This document shows positions 10,591-20,016 of a stretch of DNA of 64,000 nucleotides, piece by piece. The stretch comes from an uncultured virus (IMG/VR IMGVR_UViG_3300032088_001800). Taxonomy: Duplodnaviria; Heunggongvirae; Uroviricota; Caudoviricetes. The position numbers and the translations under genes were made by a program. Numbering within the stretch: position 1 is the first letter of the stretch; the number at the start of each line of letters is the position of its first letter. Where the stretch lies: positions 1-64,000 of IMG/VR virus record IMGVR_UViG_3300032088_001800; one strand, 5' to 3'. Below the pieces are notes generated by a model. It was not told where the DNA came from. It saw nothing but the letters and a program-made list of their open reading frames with translations, and did no database searches.

Positions 10591-11513
10591 TCAGGATCAA
10601 TCACAAACTGTTGCTTTGGGTTTCTACTTGGGTTTTGGTATACCGTCTTAAAGAACTTGCTCTGTTGAGCGTCTAAGGGCTCAACAGCAATAGGAATATT
10701 TAATTCTTTTATTAATTTAGTTCCGAGTTCTGTAGAATAATACTCAATGTCTTCTTGTACTAATTTACCTTTTTCTTCCCACATAGCGTTTAGATATTCA
10801 AAGTCACGCACTTGTACATAATCCCAGTCAGTACACATTGTTTGGTACAGCCCTTCTCTAGCACCGTATATAGCCCAAGCACCGTTTCGTACATCAGAAC
10901 CTAGCATTAACCAAATCCATAATCTATGCAAATTCTTCCAATGACCTTTTAGAAATTGTTCTTGTGTAGGCTTTACACCTTGATCTAGTGCCATCTTAAC
11001 ACCTTCTCTAAATCCTGCACGCCATGCTTGTTGTGGTGTTTCGTTATTATATACATAACTGTAACAACTATTTTGTTGTATATACTTTAAGTCCCAACAA
11101 AAGTCTACTTGTGCATGTGGATTATCTGGATCTGCATTTTCGTGTGTTTTCATATCTAATACATACTGCTTTGGCCAACACTTTAGTCCGCCATTACCAT
11201 ACATAAGTCCATTAATAACATTTTTGCCGCACCAACTAATTACACTATGTTCCAAATCGGCGTGAGCGTCAAAGTCAATTTCTTGTACAAGGAACTCTGG
11301 GTTAATTTGATTGTCACCATCAACTGTAATAAATCTGTCAGTTTCACTTAATTTTGCACATGCTTTGTGTGCAGCGTCACTACCTTTTACTCCATGTACA
11401 CGTTTAGCCCAAGGAATCTTACTACACAAGTCCGCATAGTTCTTTTCAGCGTTAGGCTCGTCATAAGACAAATAGATTATATCATAATCAATAACTTTAA
11501 ATTTATTACTCAT
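10587..11513 (-). CDS. Putative GT-A fold glycosyltransferase
   Basis: AAHKACA...FITVDGDN DxD motif after a short Rossmann-like N-terminus; flanked by GT genes. Confidence 0.55.
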   Translation of the reverse strand: MSNKFKVIDYDIIYLSYDEPNAEKNYADLCSKIPWAKRVHGVKGSDAAHKACAKLSETDRFITVDGDNQINPEFLVQEIDFDAHADLEHSVISWCGKNVINGLMYGNGGLKCWPKQYVLDMKTHENADPDNPHAQVDFCWDLKYIQQNSCYSYVYNNETPQQAWRAGFREGVKMALDQGVKPTQEQFLKGHWKNLHRLWIWLMLGSDVRNGAWAIYGAREGLYQTMCTDWDYVQVRDFEYLNAMWEEKGKLVQEDIEYYSTELGTKLIKELNIPIAVEPLDAQQSKFFKTVYQNPSRNPKQQFVIDPE

Positions 11514-12123
11514 TAATTACCTCATGCTTATATGTTTCAAAATACTTTGCAGTATAAACGCTTACAACATTATTTTTAAATTCAAACTTTGATTCAAATG
11601 GAAAATTAAATTCATCTGTTTTAATTAAATCATTTACTGAAAGACGTAATGACCTTAATAGAATATTAGGATCGTACTTTTCTGTAATACTAAAGAATAT
11701 ATTACTATTAATATTTACTGCTTCTGAATTCAAAAATTCACGCAAAGACTTACTTACTTTAATTGTCCAACTTTGTTTAATATTATCTTGGAAAATAATT
11801 AAATCACAATCACCGTCAACAAACATAGGTACTTCATAAAGTGTATTGTATACGTGATCATTTTCAGTTTCTAAGTCGCCTCTTTCTCTAAGTGTGTATT
11901 CTTTAAGGCCAATGTCAAAAACAACTTTGTATTCATTCATTGTCTTTGTGCCAGACATGATCTCTGTTATACTATTTGCATCTACTTCAATATAAGAATT
12001 ATCATCGTTACCTTTTTTGCCTACTCTAATAAGTTCTCCAGTATCTGTGTCAAATTCTACAAAAGTTTTTGTTGGTACTTGTAGCCCTTGAATCATATCT
12101 AAGAATGTATTTGTTTCAGACAT
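11506..12123 (-). CDS. Hypothetical protein
   Basis: 205-aa ORF overlapping neighbours on both sides (8-nt overlaps). Confidence 0.7.
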   Translation of the reverse strand: MSETNTFLDMIQGLQVPTKTFVEFDTDTGELIRVGKKGNDDNSYIEVDANSITEIMSGTKTMNEYKVVFDIGLKEYTLRERGDLETENDHVYNTLYEVPMFVDGDCDLIIFQDNIKQSWTIKVSKSLREFLNSEAVNINSNIFFSITEKYDPNILLRSLRLSVNDLIKTDEFNFPFESKFEFKNNVVSVYTAKYFETYKHEVINE

Positions 12124-12961
12124 CTAATAACTCCTCGTATCTCTTTATAACAGCGCCTTCTATAAAGTCTTTTTCTGTGTAATGTAAAATACCTGTTTGT
12201 ATGTGATTACCTAACTTTAAATTACAATCTTTATCCATATAAACACTGATTCTGTTTTGCCATTTGTTTATTGCTTCGTGCCAATCTTGTATTCTTGGCT
12301 TCATATGTGTAAAACTTGGAAACTTTACTCTTGTATTCGTAATTTCAGAGTCACAATCTAAAATCTTAGATACAATAGCTGCACTTACATCAATACTACA
12401 ACGCTTAGGATAATGTTCTTTAACATATTGCCCGTAGAATAATTCCCAATTATTAACTACAAGTTCTAACCAAGTATAAAACTTATGAGAAAACTCACAT
12501 TTCTTAAAGTAATGCAATCCTGAGTACAAGTTAGGCAATTCATTTGCAGTAAATGCTTTGCGATAATAATCACTAGTAACTAAATCACCTCTATACGTGT
12601 AAACATTACTTACAAAGTACATTTCATAGTTTTCTAAAAACTTTACCCATGAGTCAATATCTTGCAACACTAACATATCTGTATCTAACACCAACGTTCT
12701 TGTATAAGGAGATACATGATATATTTTCCAGCGATTTGATATTTTCCAATTTTCTTTTTCTGCACTGTCAGTCCATGGTATTTCAATAATGTTATCAAAA
12801 AATCTTTGATACTGTGCAGGTACTTCGTCATTAGTGATAAGACTAACAGGAATACCAGGATTAGTTTTTGCAATACTCATTGCTGTAACACATGCTTGCT
12901 GAACATAGTCGTCAACATCATTATTTTGCGCAAGCATTACAATACCAAAATTATCTTCCAT
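12116..12961 (-). CDS. Putative glycosyltransferase (GT8/mannosyltransferase-like GT-A)
   Basis: RWKIYHVSPYTRTLVLDTDML DxD motif. Likely start ATG 12961 (MEDNF) with an AGGAG Shine-Dalgarno, rather than 12979. Confidence 0.7.
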   Translation of the reverse strand: MEDNFGIVMLAQNNDVDDYVQQACVTAMSIAKTNPGIPVSLITNDEVPAQYQRFFDNIIEIPWTDSAEKENWKISNRWKIYHVSPYTRTLVLDTDMLVLQDIDSWVKFLENYEMYFVSNVYTYRGDLVTSDYYRKAFTANELPNLYSGLHYFKKCEFSHKFYTWLELVVNNWELFYGQYVKEHYPKRCSIDVSAAIVSKILDCDSEITNTRVKFPSFTHMKPRIQDWHEAINKWQNRISVYMDKDCNLKLGNHIQTGILHYTEKDFIEGAVIKRYEELLDV

Positions 12962-13808
12962 TGGATGTCTCCTTGTCAATTTGTCTTACAAGACTAAATT
13001 TATTCATTACGTGAATACTTTGTCCTCTAGTTCGAAGTGCTGTGTATTCTCCTATATGTTTTTCTTTTTCAACTAAGAAAAGCATGTTGTCATTATCTAA
13101 ATCCCACAATATATCTTTATCTAAAGTGTACAATAGTTTTCCAGGCAAAGGTGTTACAAAGCCACCTTGCTGAAATCCATTCATCATGTGTATTGCTATA
13201 CTAAATGCAAAGTCATTTCTAAACATTTTGCTAGGTATTTGATAAACTCTTCTGTAGTGATCATATTCATCTTGTATATGTGCAACTAAATCAAAAAATC
13301 TTTCGTTAATACTTGTTTTTTTGAAGTATACAACAGTAGCCCAATAAAAATCTACACTACTATCACTTACATACTTAAATTCTCTTGGATTTCTAATGTT
13401 AGATATGTCTATGCTATCTCGATATATTGAAAAGTCATTTACACTACCAAATACATTTTTAAGTAAAGAGTTAGACACTACATAATCAGTGTCCATAAGT
13501 ATTGTTTCATTATACGGAGAGAATCTGTATGCATTAAATCTATCTAAATTTTTGAAATGCGCACGTTGGCTACTCATTGCGCCATCGTTGAATGTTCTGC
13601 CGTTGTCTTTAATCCAAGGTTCAATTGGAATAACCTGATCAAATACTGCTGTATCAAATTCACGTTCTAAATAATGGATAGAATCTGTTACTAGAGTCGT
13701 TGGCACGCCTAAGTATTGCTTTACACGTTTAGCTAAGAAATATGCTTGTTTGATATAATCAATTTGATCATTATTTCTAGCAAATAATAGTACGCCTTTG
13801 CTACTCAT
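12951..13808 (-). CDS. Putative glycosyltransferase (GT8/mannosyltransferase-like), paralog of the adjacent gene
   Basis: RFNAYRFSPYNETILMDTDY DxD motif; FRNDFAFSIA; HVMNK. Confidence 0.7.
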   Translation of the reverse strand: MSSKGVLLFARNNDQIDYIKQAYFLAKRVKQYLGVPTTLVTDSIHYLEREFDTAVFDQVIPIEPWIKDNGRTFNDGAMSSQRAHFKNLDRFNAYRFSPYNETILMDTDYVVSNSLLKNVFGSVNDFSIYRDSIDISNIRNPREFKYVSDSSVDFYWATVVYFKKTSINERFFDLVAHIQDEYDHYRRVYQIPSKMFRNDFAFSIAIHMMNGFQQGGFVTPLPGKLLYTLDKDILWDLDNDNMLFLVEKEKHIGEYTALRTRGQSIHVMNKFSLVRQIDKETSNGR

Positions 13809-14151
13809 AGTCTACTAAATTTTCCACTGACCTATTTGACTTTATTTTTTCATATTCTGCAAAATAATTATTTGAAGCAGTAAAGTAAACATCTAAAATG
13901 TCGTCATAGAATGATTCTAAACTTAGAATGTTTGTAGGTATATCGTTGTCATCTGTAAGCACTGCTTCTTCAAGACCCTTTTCAACTAATAGACCTACAA
14001 ATGTAATCAGTTCTTTAGTAACAGAAAATTGACATCCGTTTGTATAGTACAATAAATCTTCAAAATATTTTTCTTTAAGTAATCTTTTTTGGTTATTCAT
14101 AGTAACCATGAAGTTACTAAAGTCCAATGCTTTTTCTAGACGTTCATCCAT
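13801..14151 (-). CDS. Hypothetical protein, first gene of the modification operon
   Basis: 116-aa ORF with a GGAG Shine-Dalgarno, directly downstream of a sigma70-type promoter. Confidence 0.75.
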   Translation of the reverse strand: MDERLEKALDFSNFMVTMNNQKRLLKEKYFEDLLYYTNGCQFSVTKELITFVGLLVEKGLEEAVLTDDNDIPTNILSLESFYDDILDVYFTASNNYFAEYEKIKSNRSVENLVDYE

Positions 14152-14174
14152 AAGGCTCTCCGAGTTATTATAAT

Positions 14175-14203
14175 AGTATATAATACTTTTTGGATTTTGT
14201 CAA
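14175..14203 (-). promoter_or_regulatory. Sigma70-type promoter for the GT/radical SAM operon
   Basis: Minus strand TTGACA (14203-14198), 17-bp spacer, TATACT (14180-14175). Confidence 0.8.
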
Positions 14204-14214
14204 GAAGAACCTGA

Positions 14215-15426
14215 CTAGATAGTTTGTAAAATTGTACCTGTTACAGGTGAAATATCAACAGTAGTATAATCTACTTCATCTATTGTAAATGTACCAGATG
14301 GACGGAATAGTTGAACACTAGAATTTAATGTTCCAGTAACATCTTCGTCAATATCAAAGAATGGTGCTTGTGATGGAGGGCTATCAAGATCTTGGAAACG
14401 TACTCTAAATCTTATTTCAGTGTTGCTTATTTCTCTTACATAGATATCCCAGTCATTATCTACATAATCACTACCTGAATAATTAGCAAGTAAAGTGTAC
14501 CCTGCACTAAGACCTATATAATTGCCTTTATTAGCTTGTATTGTTGCAGAACCTGATGTTGTTGTTGCTGATCTGCCAAAAGTAACTATCCCAGCTGTGG
14601 ATAATAACGAGCGCCAGTCATTTGTCTTTAGTCCTGAACCACCAGTTATACTAGAAAATATTCTAATCTCGCCGCCAGCATTAAAAAATCCTTGACGTTC
14701 GTTTGCGTTTTGCCAGTTTACACTAAACTCGTGTGTAAGTGTGCCGTTCCAATTTGTAAATCTTTGTCTTGATATTGTAGAACCTGTACCGTCACGTAGA
14801 TCATCTAAATCGTACTGACCAGCTCCTTGAGCAAATAAGTTTGCTTCAATCTGTGTCATTAAAGATTCTAATTGTCCAAGTATAGTATCGTCAACTATGT
14901 CAACTTGTGCTGTCGGTGTAAAGTCTGCAAGAGGATTAGTACCTGTTTGATGTACTCTAGCTGCCATAATATCAAGGTAAAGATTAAACCACTGTGTTGC
15001 TGTTATTCTATCACCACGTACTTCACGCAATCTATGAGTACCTACTGTTCCGCTTACAGCAACAGCAATTTTAGAGCTGTTATTAATTGCAGCAGTAGTG
15101 TGTAATGTAAATGTATTTGCACCTGTTCGATTTACATAATAGTAGTCTTCGTTATTAAGGCCGTAAATATCTTGATTTCCGCGGTTATCGTATAATACTA
15201 AATCCCCGTCTATTAATCCGTGATTATTTATTGTTATAACACTAGAATTACTTATAGAACTTGCTACAGCCCAGTTTACATTTCTATAATTGATAGCAGT
15301 TACGTTTCCGCTTCTAATAGGCTGTGCATACCCTGTTGTACTAGATGGCAGTGTTGGATTGCCATAAACCGAGGCAATTCTATTTTGCAAATTATTGAAT
15401 CGTGTTGCTAGTACTGATGTAGGCAT
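14215..15426 (-). CDS. Virion structural/tail-associated protein with an inserted beta-rich module
   Basis: Paralog of 15467..16396 (RFNNLQ..RIA, ARxHQTG, FFNxGG); extra segment ITINNHGLIDGDLVLY...YYYVNRTGANTFTL. Confidence 0.6.
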   Translation of the reverse strand: MPTSVLATRFNNLQNRIASVYGNPTLPSSTTGYAQPIRSGNVTAINYRNVNWAVASSISNSSVITINNHGLIDGDLVLYDNRGNQDIYGLNNEDYYYVNRTGANTFTLHTTAAINNSSKIAVAVSGTVGTHRLREVRGDRITATQWFNLYLDIMAARVHQTGTNPLADFTPTAQVDIVDDTILGQLESLMTQIEANLFAQGAGQYDLDDLRDGTGSTISRQRFTNWNGTLTHEFSVNWQNANERQGFFNAGGEIRIFSSITGGSGLKTNDWRSLLSTAGIVTFGRSATTTSGSATIQANKGNYIGLSAGYTLLANYSGSDYVDNDWDIYVREISNTEIRFRVRFQDLDSPPSQAPFFDIDEDVTGTLNSSVQLFRPSGTFTIDEVDYTTVDISPVTGTILQTI

Positions 15427-15453
15427 GCGAGCTCCGTAACTGTATCACATAAC

Positions 15454-15459
15454 TATTTA
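15454..15459 (-). promoter_or_regulatory. Late-promoter core TAAATA
   Basis: T4 late-promoter-like core (T4 consensus TATAAATA) in the gap, about 28 nt upstream of ATG 15426. Confidence 0.6.
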
Positions 15460-15466
15460 TGCGTAG

Positions 15467-16396
15467 TTAAAGTATGATAGAATTAAACAGATTTGGTGCT
15501 TCTACTTCAACGCTTGGACCTGTTGCTCGGTATACTTGTATAATGCTTTTTAATATTCCGTCAACACTTTCATCAACACCGCCAGCAATACCTCCTGGAG
15601 GTACTGGTAATATAGGACTATCACCAGTGTCTTCGTCTCTATATGATATTAAAAACTTAATTACACTGTTATTTTGCTTTTTAGCAGCAATAGTATATCT
15701 GTTTTCAGCATATGCTGCATTTACGTCACTACCTACTTTTTGGTAAATTAATTGATATGTTGTAGTTAAATCATAGAATCCAACACCATATGCTTGTCCA
15801 GATCCTGAAGATGCTGTAGTATTATATTTAAACTGTACTGTGCCTGCATTGTTAAGAATTACACGCCAATCATCTGTCTTTAATTCTGAGCCACCTGATA
15901 ATGTACTGTAGAAACGTAATTGTCCGCCACTATTAAAGAAGTGCCTTGCTCCATCTGCATTTTCAAATGTTACTTCGACTTCGTGTTGTAAATTGCCACT
16001 CCAACCTGTTTCTCTTGTGCTAGTTACACCTGCTGTTAAACTTGCTTGTGAGTCATTGATCTGAAATCTGTCAGCTTCAATGTTTAGCATTAAACTTTCA
16101 AAAGCACTTACTGCTTTAGCTACATAAGGCGAAGTATCATCGTCAATAATTAAATCTGCAACATTTATTGATTGTATTTGAGTAGGAACTATACCTGTCT
16201 GATGGGTTCTTGCTCTACTCATATCTAAGTACAACCCTTGCATGTCGGCTGCTGTAACTGTTGCACTTGCAAGTGCTTGATCACTTGCTAGTGTTTGGCC
16301 GTAACCGTCGGAACCACTACCATTACCTTGTATTGTTGCAATACGAGATTGTAAGTTGTTGAACCTTGCTGCTGTAATTAGATCACCGACTGCCAT
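15467..16396 (-). CDS. Virion structural/tail-associated protein
   Basis: Gly/Ser/Thr-rich, in the tail operon, paralog of 14215..15426. Confidence 0.6.
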   Translation of the reverse strand: MAVGDLITAARFNNLQSRIATIQGNGSGSDGYGQTLASDQALASATVTAADMQGLYLDMSRARTHQTGIVPTQIQSINVADLIIDDDTSPYVAKAVSAFESLMLNIEADRFQINDSQASLTAGVTSTRETGWSGNLQHEVEVTFENADGARHFFNSGGQLRFYSTLSGGSELKTDDWRVILNNAGTVQFKYNTTASSGSGQAYGVGFYDLTTTYQLIYQKVGSDVNAAYAENRYTIAAKKQNNSVIKFLISYRDEDTGDSPILPVPPGGIAGGVDESVDGILKSIIQVYRATGPSVEVEAPNLFNSIIL

Positions 16397-16405
16397 AACT
16401 TTTCC

Positions 16406-17905
16406 TTATACCTTAAGTACGCATTCTACTAGCTTTTCACCTTCGTCACTATTGCTTTCTAATGCAATACCAACTAATGCTGTTGCTGCAATAGTTGAAC
16501 AAACACCATCTTCCCAAGCATACACAGGTTGTCCTTTTGAAACTGGTCCAGATACTCTTACTGGAACACGCCCTTTAAGACCAATTGCTTGACCGTCTGC
16601 TTCACTGTTCATTAAGTATGCTGGTTTTTCTGAAATAACACCTATACACATATTACTTGCACTTGCTGCTTTTGTTTCAGCTTCTCCGCCTACTGCCATT
16701 GCTGTACCTACTGGATATTCTTCGTCAGTTGTATACTTTTCTGCAAGGTCAGCATATTGTGCTTCAGTTGCTCTACCTTCAAATGTTACTGCTCTAAGTT
16801 TGTTGTCTGATGTTCTTATAGCTATTGTACCGTTTGGCGCTGCTGCTGGACTTTGTGCTGAACTTGCAGAAATATAATTTCCACCTTCGCCTCTAAGTGT
16901 ATCAGCTTTTGTTGCTACTCCTACAAAACTTGTTGCATAAACATTTGCCCATCGTAGTGATTCACTACCAAGGTTCTTTGTATTATCTACAGCTGGAACC
17001 ATTCCATCTGATACTATTGAAAGAACATGCTGTGTTGTACTTGTACCATCATTTACTTTGAAAGCAATTTTACTATTTGCACCAACAGTATGTTCTATAA
17101 TACCTGCGCCTTGTAACGAACCTGCCGCTGTTTCAACACGAATTTTTAGATCTAAACTGTCGCCTAATGCAATTCCGTTGTCTTTTTGGAAATTAACTAC
17201 TTCAGTAAATACTGTAGCCGAGCCTGGTGCTGCAATAACATATTGACTTGCGTCAACACCGCCTAATTTCAATGCGTTTGTAGATGTTCCCCAAAATCTG
17301 TGATCACCTGTTGTTATGCCAGTGTCAGGGGTATTGACAAGCGTGATGCCTTTTTTGATTTTGGCAAATCCTGAAATTGGATTTGAATCTGAAAGTTGAA
17401 ATGCTGTAGCACTATGTATTGTAATTACTTCGTCGGAAATAATACCTTCAATAATTGTATGTGGCCCGCCAACAGTATCAAGAACTTGACGACTACGCAT
17501 TTGGGTAACACCTTCGCCTGCATTCTGTGGTCCAATTAATATAAAGTTTGTGCCATCAAACACATATAGTTGTTTGTTTGATACGTCCCACCAAAAGTCA
17601 CCTTGTGTTAGTCCTGTTGGTTGTGCTGCTTCAACTTCTGAGCCACCTGTTGTACGCCATTTATTTCCATCGTAAAACTTTAATTTGTTAATAGTACTAT
17701 CGTACCAAAGCTGCCCACTAATTGCACGTGGTGGAGGATTAGCTCCACTAAAGTTTTCTAACAAAAACAACATGTTTTCGTTTTGAATTTCACCATATCC
17801 TGCATAGTTTTTGCCGATGAATTTTAGATCAGTTGTTGTATCAACTGTACCATCTTCAACTATTGTTAGGATAGTGTTATTATATCTATCTATTTGATAA
17901 GCCAT
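16406..17905 (-). CDS. Tail fibre/baseplate protein with a C-terminal ADLAEKY, intramolecular-chaperone-like domain
   Basis: Shared fibre N-terminus (GKNYAGYGE..ENF..GQLWYD..LKFYDG); NLGSESLRWANVYA; C-terminal YADLAEKY...GLKGRVPVRV. Confidence 0.65.
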   Translation of the reverse strand: MAYQIDRYNNTILTIVEDGTVDTTTDLKFIGKNYAGYGEIQNENMLFLLENFSGANPPPRAISGQLWYDSTINKLKFYDGNKWRTTGGSEVEAAQPTGLTQGDFWWDVSNKQLYVFDGTNFILIGPQNAGEGVTQMRSRQVLDTVGGPHTIIEGIISDEVITIHSATAFQLSDSNPISGFAKIKKGITLVNTPDTGITTGDHRFWGTSTNALKLGGVDASQYVIAAPGSATVFTEVVNFQKDNGIALGDSLDLKIRVETAAGSLQGAGIIEHTVGANSKIAFKVNDGTSTTQHVLSIVSDGMVPAVDNTKNLGSESLRWANVYATSFVGVATKADTLRGEGGNYISASSAQSPAAAPNGTIAIRTSDNKLRAVTFEGRATEAQYADLAEKYTTDEEYPVGTAMAVGGEAETKAASASNMCIGVISEKPAYLMNSEADGQAIGLKGRVPVRVSGPVSKGQPVYAWEDGVCSTIAATALVGIALESNSDEGEKLVECVLKV

Positions 17906-17929
17906 TTGTTACCCCTAATGCTTTAATAT

Positions 17930-17935
17930 TATTTA
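17930..17935 (-). promoter_or_regulatory. Late-promoter core TAAATA
   Basis: Intergenic, about 25 nt upstream of ATG 17905. Confidence 0.6.
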
Positions 17936-17944
17936 TCGTAATTT

Positions 17945-20011
17945 TTATATTCCTGGATCAAGGTTTACAACTGTGAGTGGATCCCAAGTGTTTACCCCGC
18001 CAGCTTCAACACAAGTGTAGCGTTTTAACCCTCGGCTAATTGTAATACTAACTGTACCACTAGCAGGGAAAAATGCAACGTCTTGCATTACTGATTCGTT
18101 TTGTGTTCCGTTGCTGTCAACAGCAACAAATGATATGTTTTTAACTGCATCAACATCAATGTTTTCAGCAGTAGATGCTGCCGCTGTAGTTGTTGAAATA
18201 AATGCAAATGATCCAGCAATCTTTTTAGCTGATGGAAACATTGCTTCTAAATGATTGCATATATCACTATCATCTAATCCAGTAATATCTAAACTAAACA
18301 CAATTGGCTGTGTTTCTATTTCATAGTCTACATAACCTTTAGTTGCAACTGTGTCATCTTTATCTTCTATCGATTCGTCATTTTGTGCAATTGCTCTGTT
18401 TTTAGATATCGGAGTTGCTACTCCTGTAATCTTTGCCTTTGATGCTTGATTTATTCTACCTGGATCTGTTGCTGGATTAGGATTTGGTATATCAACACCC
18501 ATTGAAGTTGGATATTTAAATGATTCCGGACTACTAAAGAAATTGTAGTTAGGTTCATTTGTACCAGGTCCTGTAACAACAAATCCTGGATTGCTTAATA
18601 ACATAGTACCGTAACTATCAACTCTTAGACTTTGTCCGTTTGATGTAATTGTATTACCATTTAAATTTAAATTATCAACATTTAGGAATTGTAGTGTACC
18701 AATTCTAATTAGTCCTTCAGCAAATCTAATATCATTTTCTAATCTGTCTGCACTAAGTTTGTCTGCACCGTTAATTTTATATGACTTGCCAGTAACTAAA
18801 TCAAAGTGTTCTGTGCTTGTCCATGCATCAGTTGCTGACTTCCACGTAAGTGATTTATTTGATGTTTCAGCAAGTAATATTAGGCCGCCATCGTCCATCT
18901 GTGCATCTGGAAGCGGCGCACTATCTTCGCCTCTACCTAGTTCAATATTTTTGTCTTCTACACGCAATGTACTCACATCAACAATAGTTGAATCGCCTCT
19001 TACTGTAAGACTACCTTCAATAATAACATCTTTAGGAGTATTTGCATATATTGCATCACTTCCGCCAATATGTAACATTGCTTCTGGGTTACTATTAAAT
19101 ATACCAACTCTGTTATTTCTAGAGTCAATATATATTGAATCAACTGTTAAGTCTAACGAACTACTTTTTGTTCTTAATGTTAAATCACTATCTGTAACTT
19201 GGTTTTCAATAAAGTAGTTTCCGCCTAATATTTTGTGCGCTACGTTCGGAGCAGTACCTAAGATTAAACCACCTTGATTGTTAATTGTAATTGTACCTTG
19301 AGCAACAGCATCAACTTCTGAAGGAAGGAACTGTTCAACTGTACGTACATCACCATCAGCTGTAAGCAAAGCGTTTGACGAAGTAGCTGTTCCGTGGAAT
19401 TTAAAGTTTGTTTGGTCAACAACATTAAAGCCTTCTTTGATAATACCATTTGGATTATCTACTGTTACTAACTGAGCAATACGTTGTGAATACTGTGGAG
19501 TAAATTCAAGATTACTAAACACTCCAACTAATTCACTTGCAACAAATAATTTTGCTACAGGACGTGAGCGAGACTGTTCATCAATAATTGTATCAATTCT
19601 AAATCCACTTTCACCTTGTAGTGAACTATATTGCGGACCAGCAAGTGTTAAGTCTGTACCGTCATAGAAATATAATTGGTTATTTAGGTTATCAATCCAT
19701 AAGTCTCCGGCAACCATTGTAGGTGCTGTAGCTTGTACAAACGGGCCGCCTGATGCTTTCCAAACTGTACCGTCATAAACTTTTAATCTTTGTTCAGCTG
19801 TATCCCACCAAAGTTGCCCGTCCAATGGATTCGAAGGCGCCGCTGTGTTAGCAAAATTTTCTAACATCTTAATAAAGTTTTCGTTAATAAATTCACCAAA
19901 ACCTTCGTAGTTTCTTCCGACCAGTATTAAATTTGTGGACTGATTATCAATCTGTCCGTCAATTAAGTCTACTAGTAATGTGCCGTCGGTTTTATTTAAT
20001 TTATAACTCAT
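17945..20011 (-). CDS. Tail fibre/baseplate protein
   Basis: Same N-terminal domain as both neighbours; fibre motifs RVGIFNSNP and VATKGYVD. Confidence 0.65.
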   Translation of the reverse strand: MSYKLNKTDGTLLVDLIDGQIDNQSTNLILVGRNYEGFGEFINENFIKMLENFANTAAPSNPLDGQLWWDTAEQRLKVYDGTVWKASGGPFVQATAPTMVAGDLWIDNLNNQLYFYDGTDLTLAGPQYSSLQGESGFRIDTIIDEQSRSRPVAKLFVASELVGVFSNLEFTPQYSQRIAQLVTVDNPNGIIKEGFNVVDQTNFKFHGTATSSNALLTADGDVRTVEQFLPSEVDAVAQGTITINNQGGLILGTAPNVAHKILGGNYFIENQVTDSDLTLRTKSSSLDLTVDSIYIDSRNNRVGIFNSNPEAMLHIGGSDAIYANTPKDVIIEGSLTVRGDSTIVDVSTLRVEDKNIELGRGEDSAPLPDAQMDDGGLILLAETSNKSLTWKSATDAWTSTEHFDLVTGKSYKINGADKLSADRLENDIRFAEGLIRIGTLQFLNVDNLNLNGNTITSNGQSLRVDSYGTMLLSNPGFVVTGPGTNEPNYNFFSSPESFKYPTSMGVDIPNPNPATDPGRINQASKAKITGVATPISKNRAIAQNDESIEDKDDTVATKGYVDYEIETQPIVFSLDITGLDDSDICNHLEAMFPSAKKIAGSFAFISTTTAAASTAENIDVDAVKNISFVAVDSNGTQNESVMQDVAFFPASGTVSITISRGLKRYTCVEAGGVNTWDPLTVVNLDPGI

Positions 20012-20016
20012 CTTTA

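Noticed and set aside
1..14151. Left operon as captured bacterial chromosome or a prophage boundary
   Set aside because: Same composition, strand and tight packing as the phage genes; no att site, integrase or housekeeping genes.
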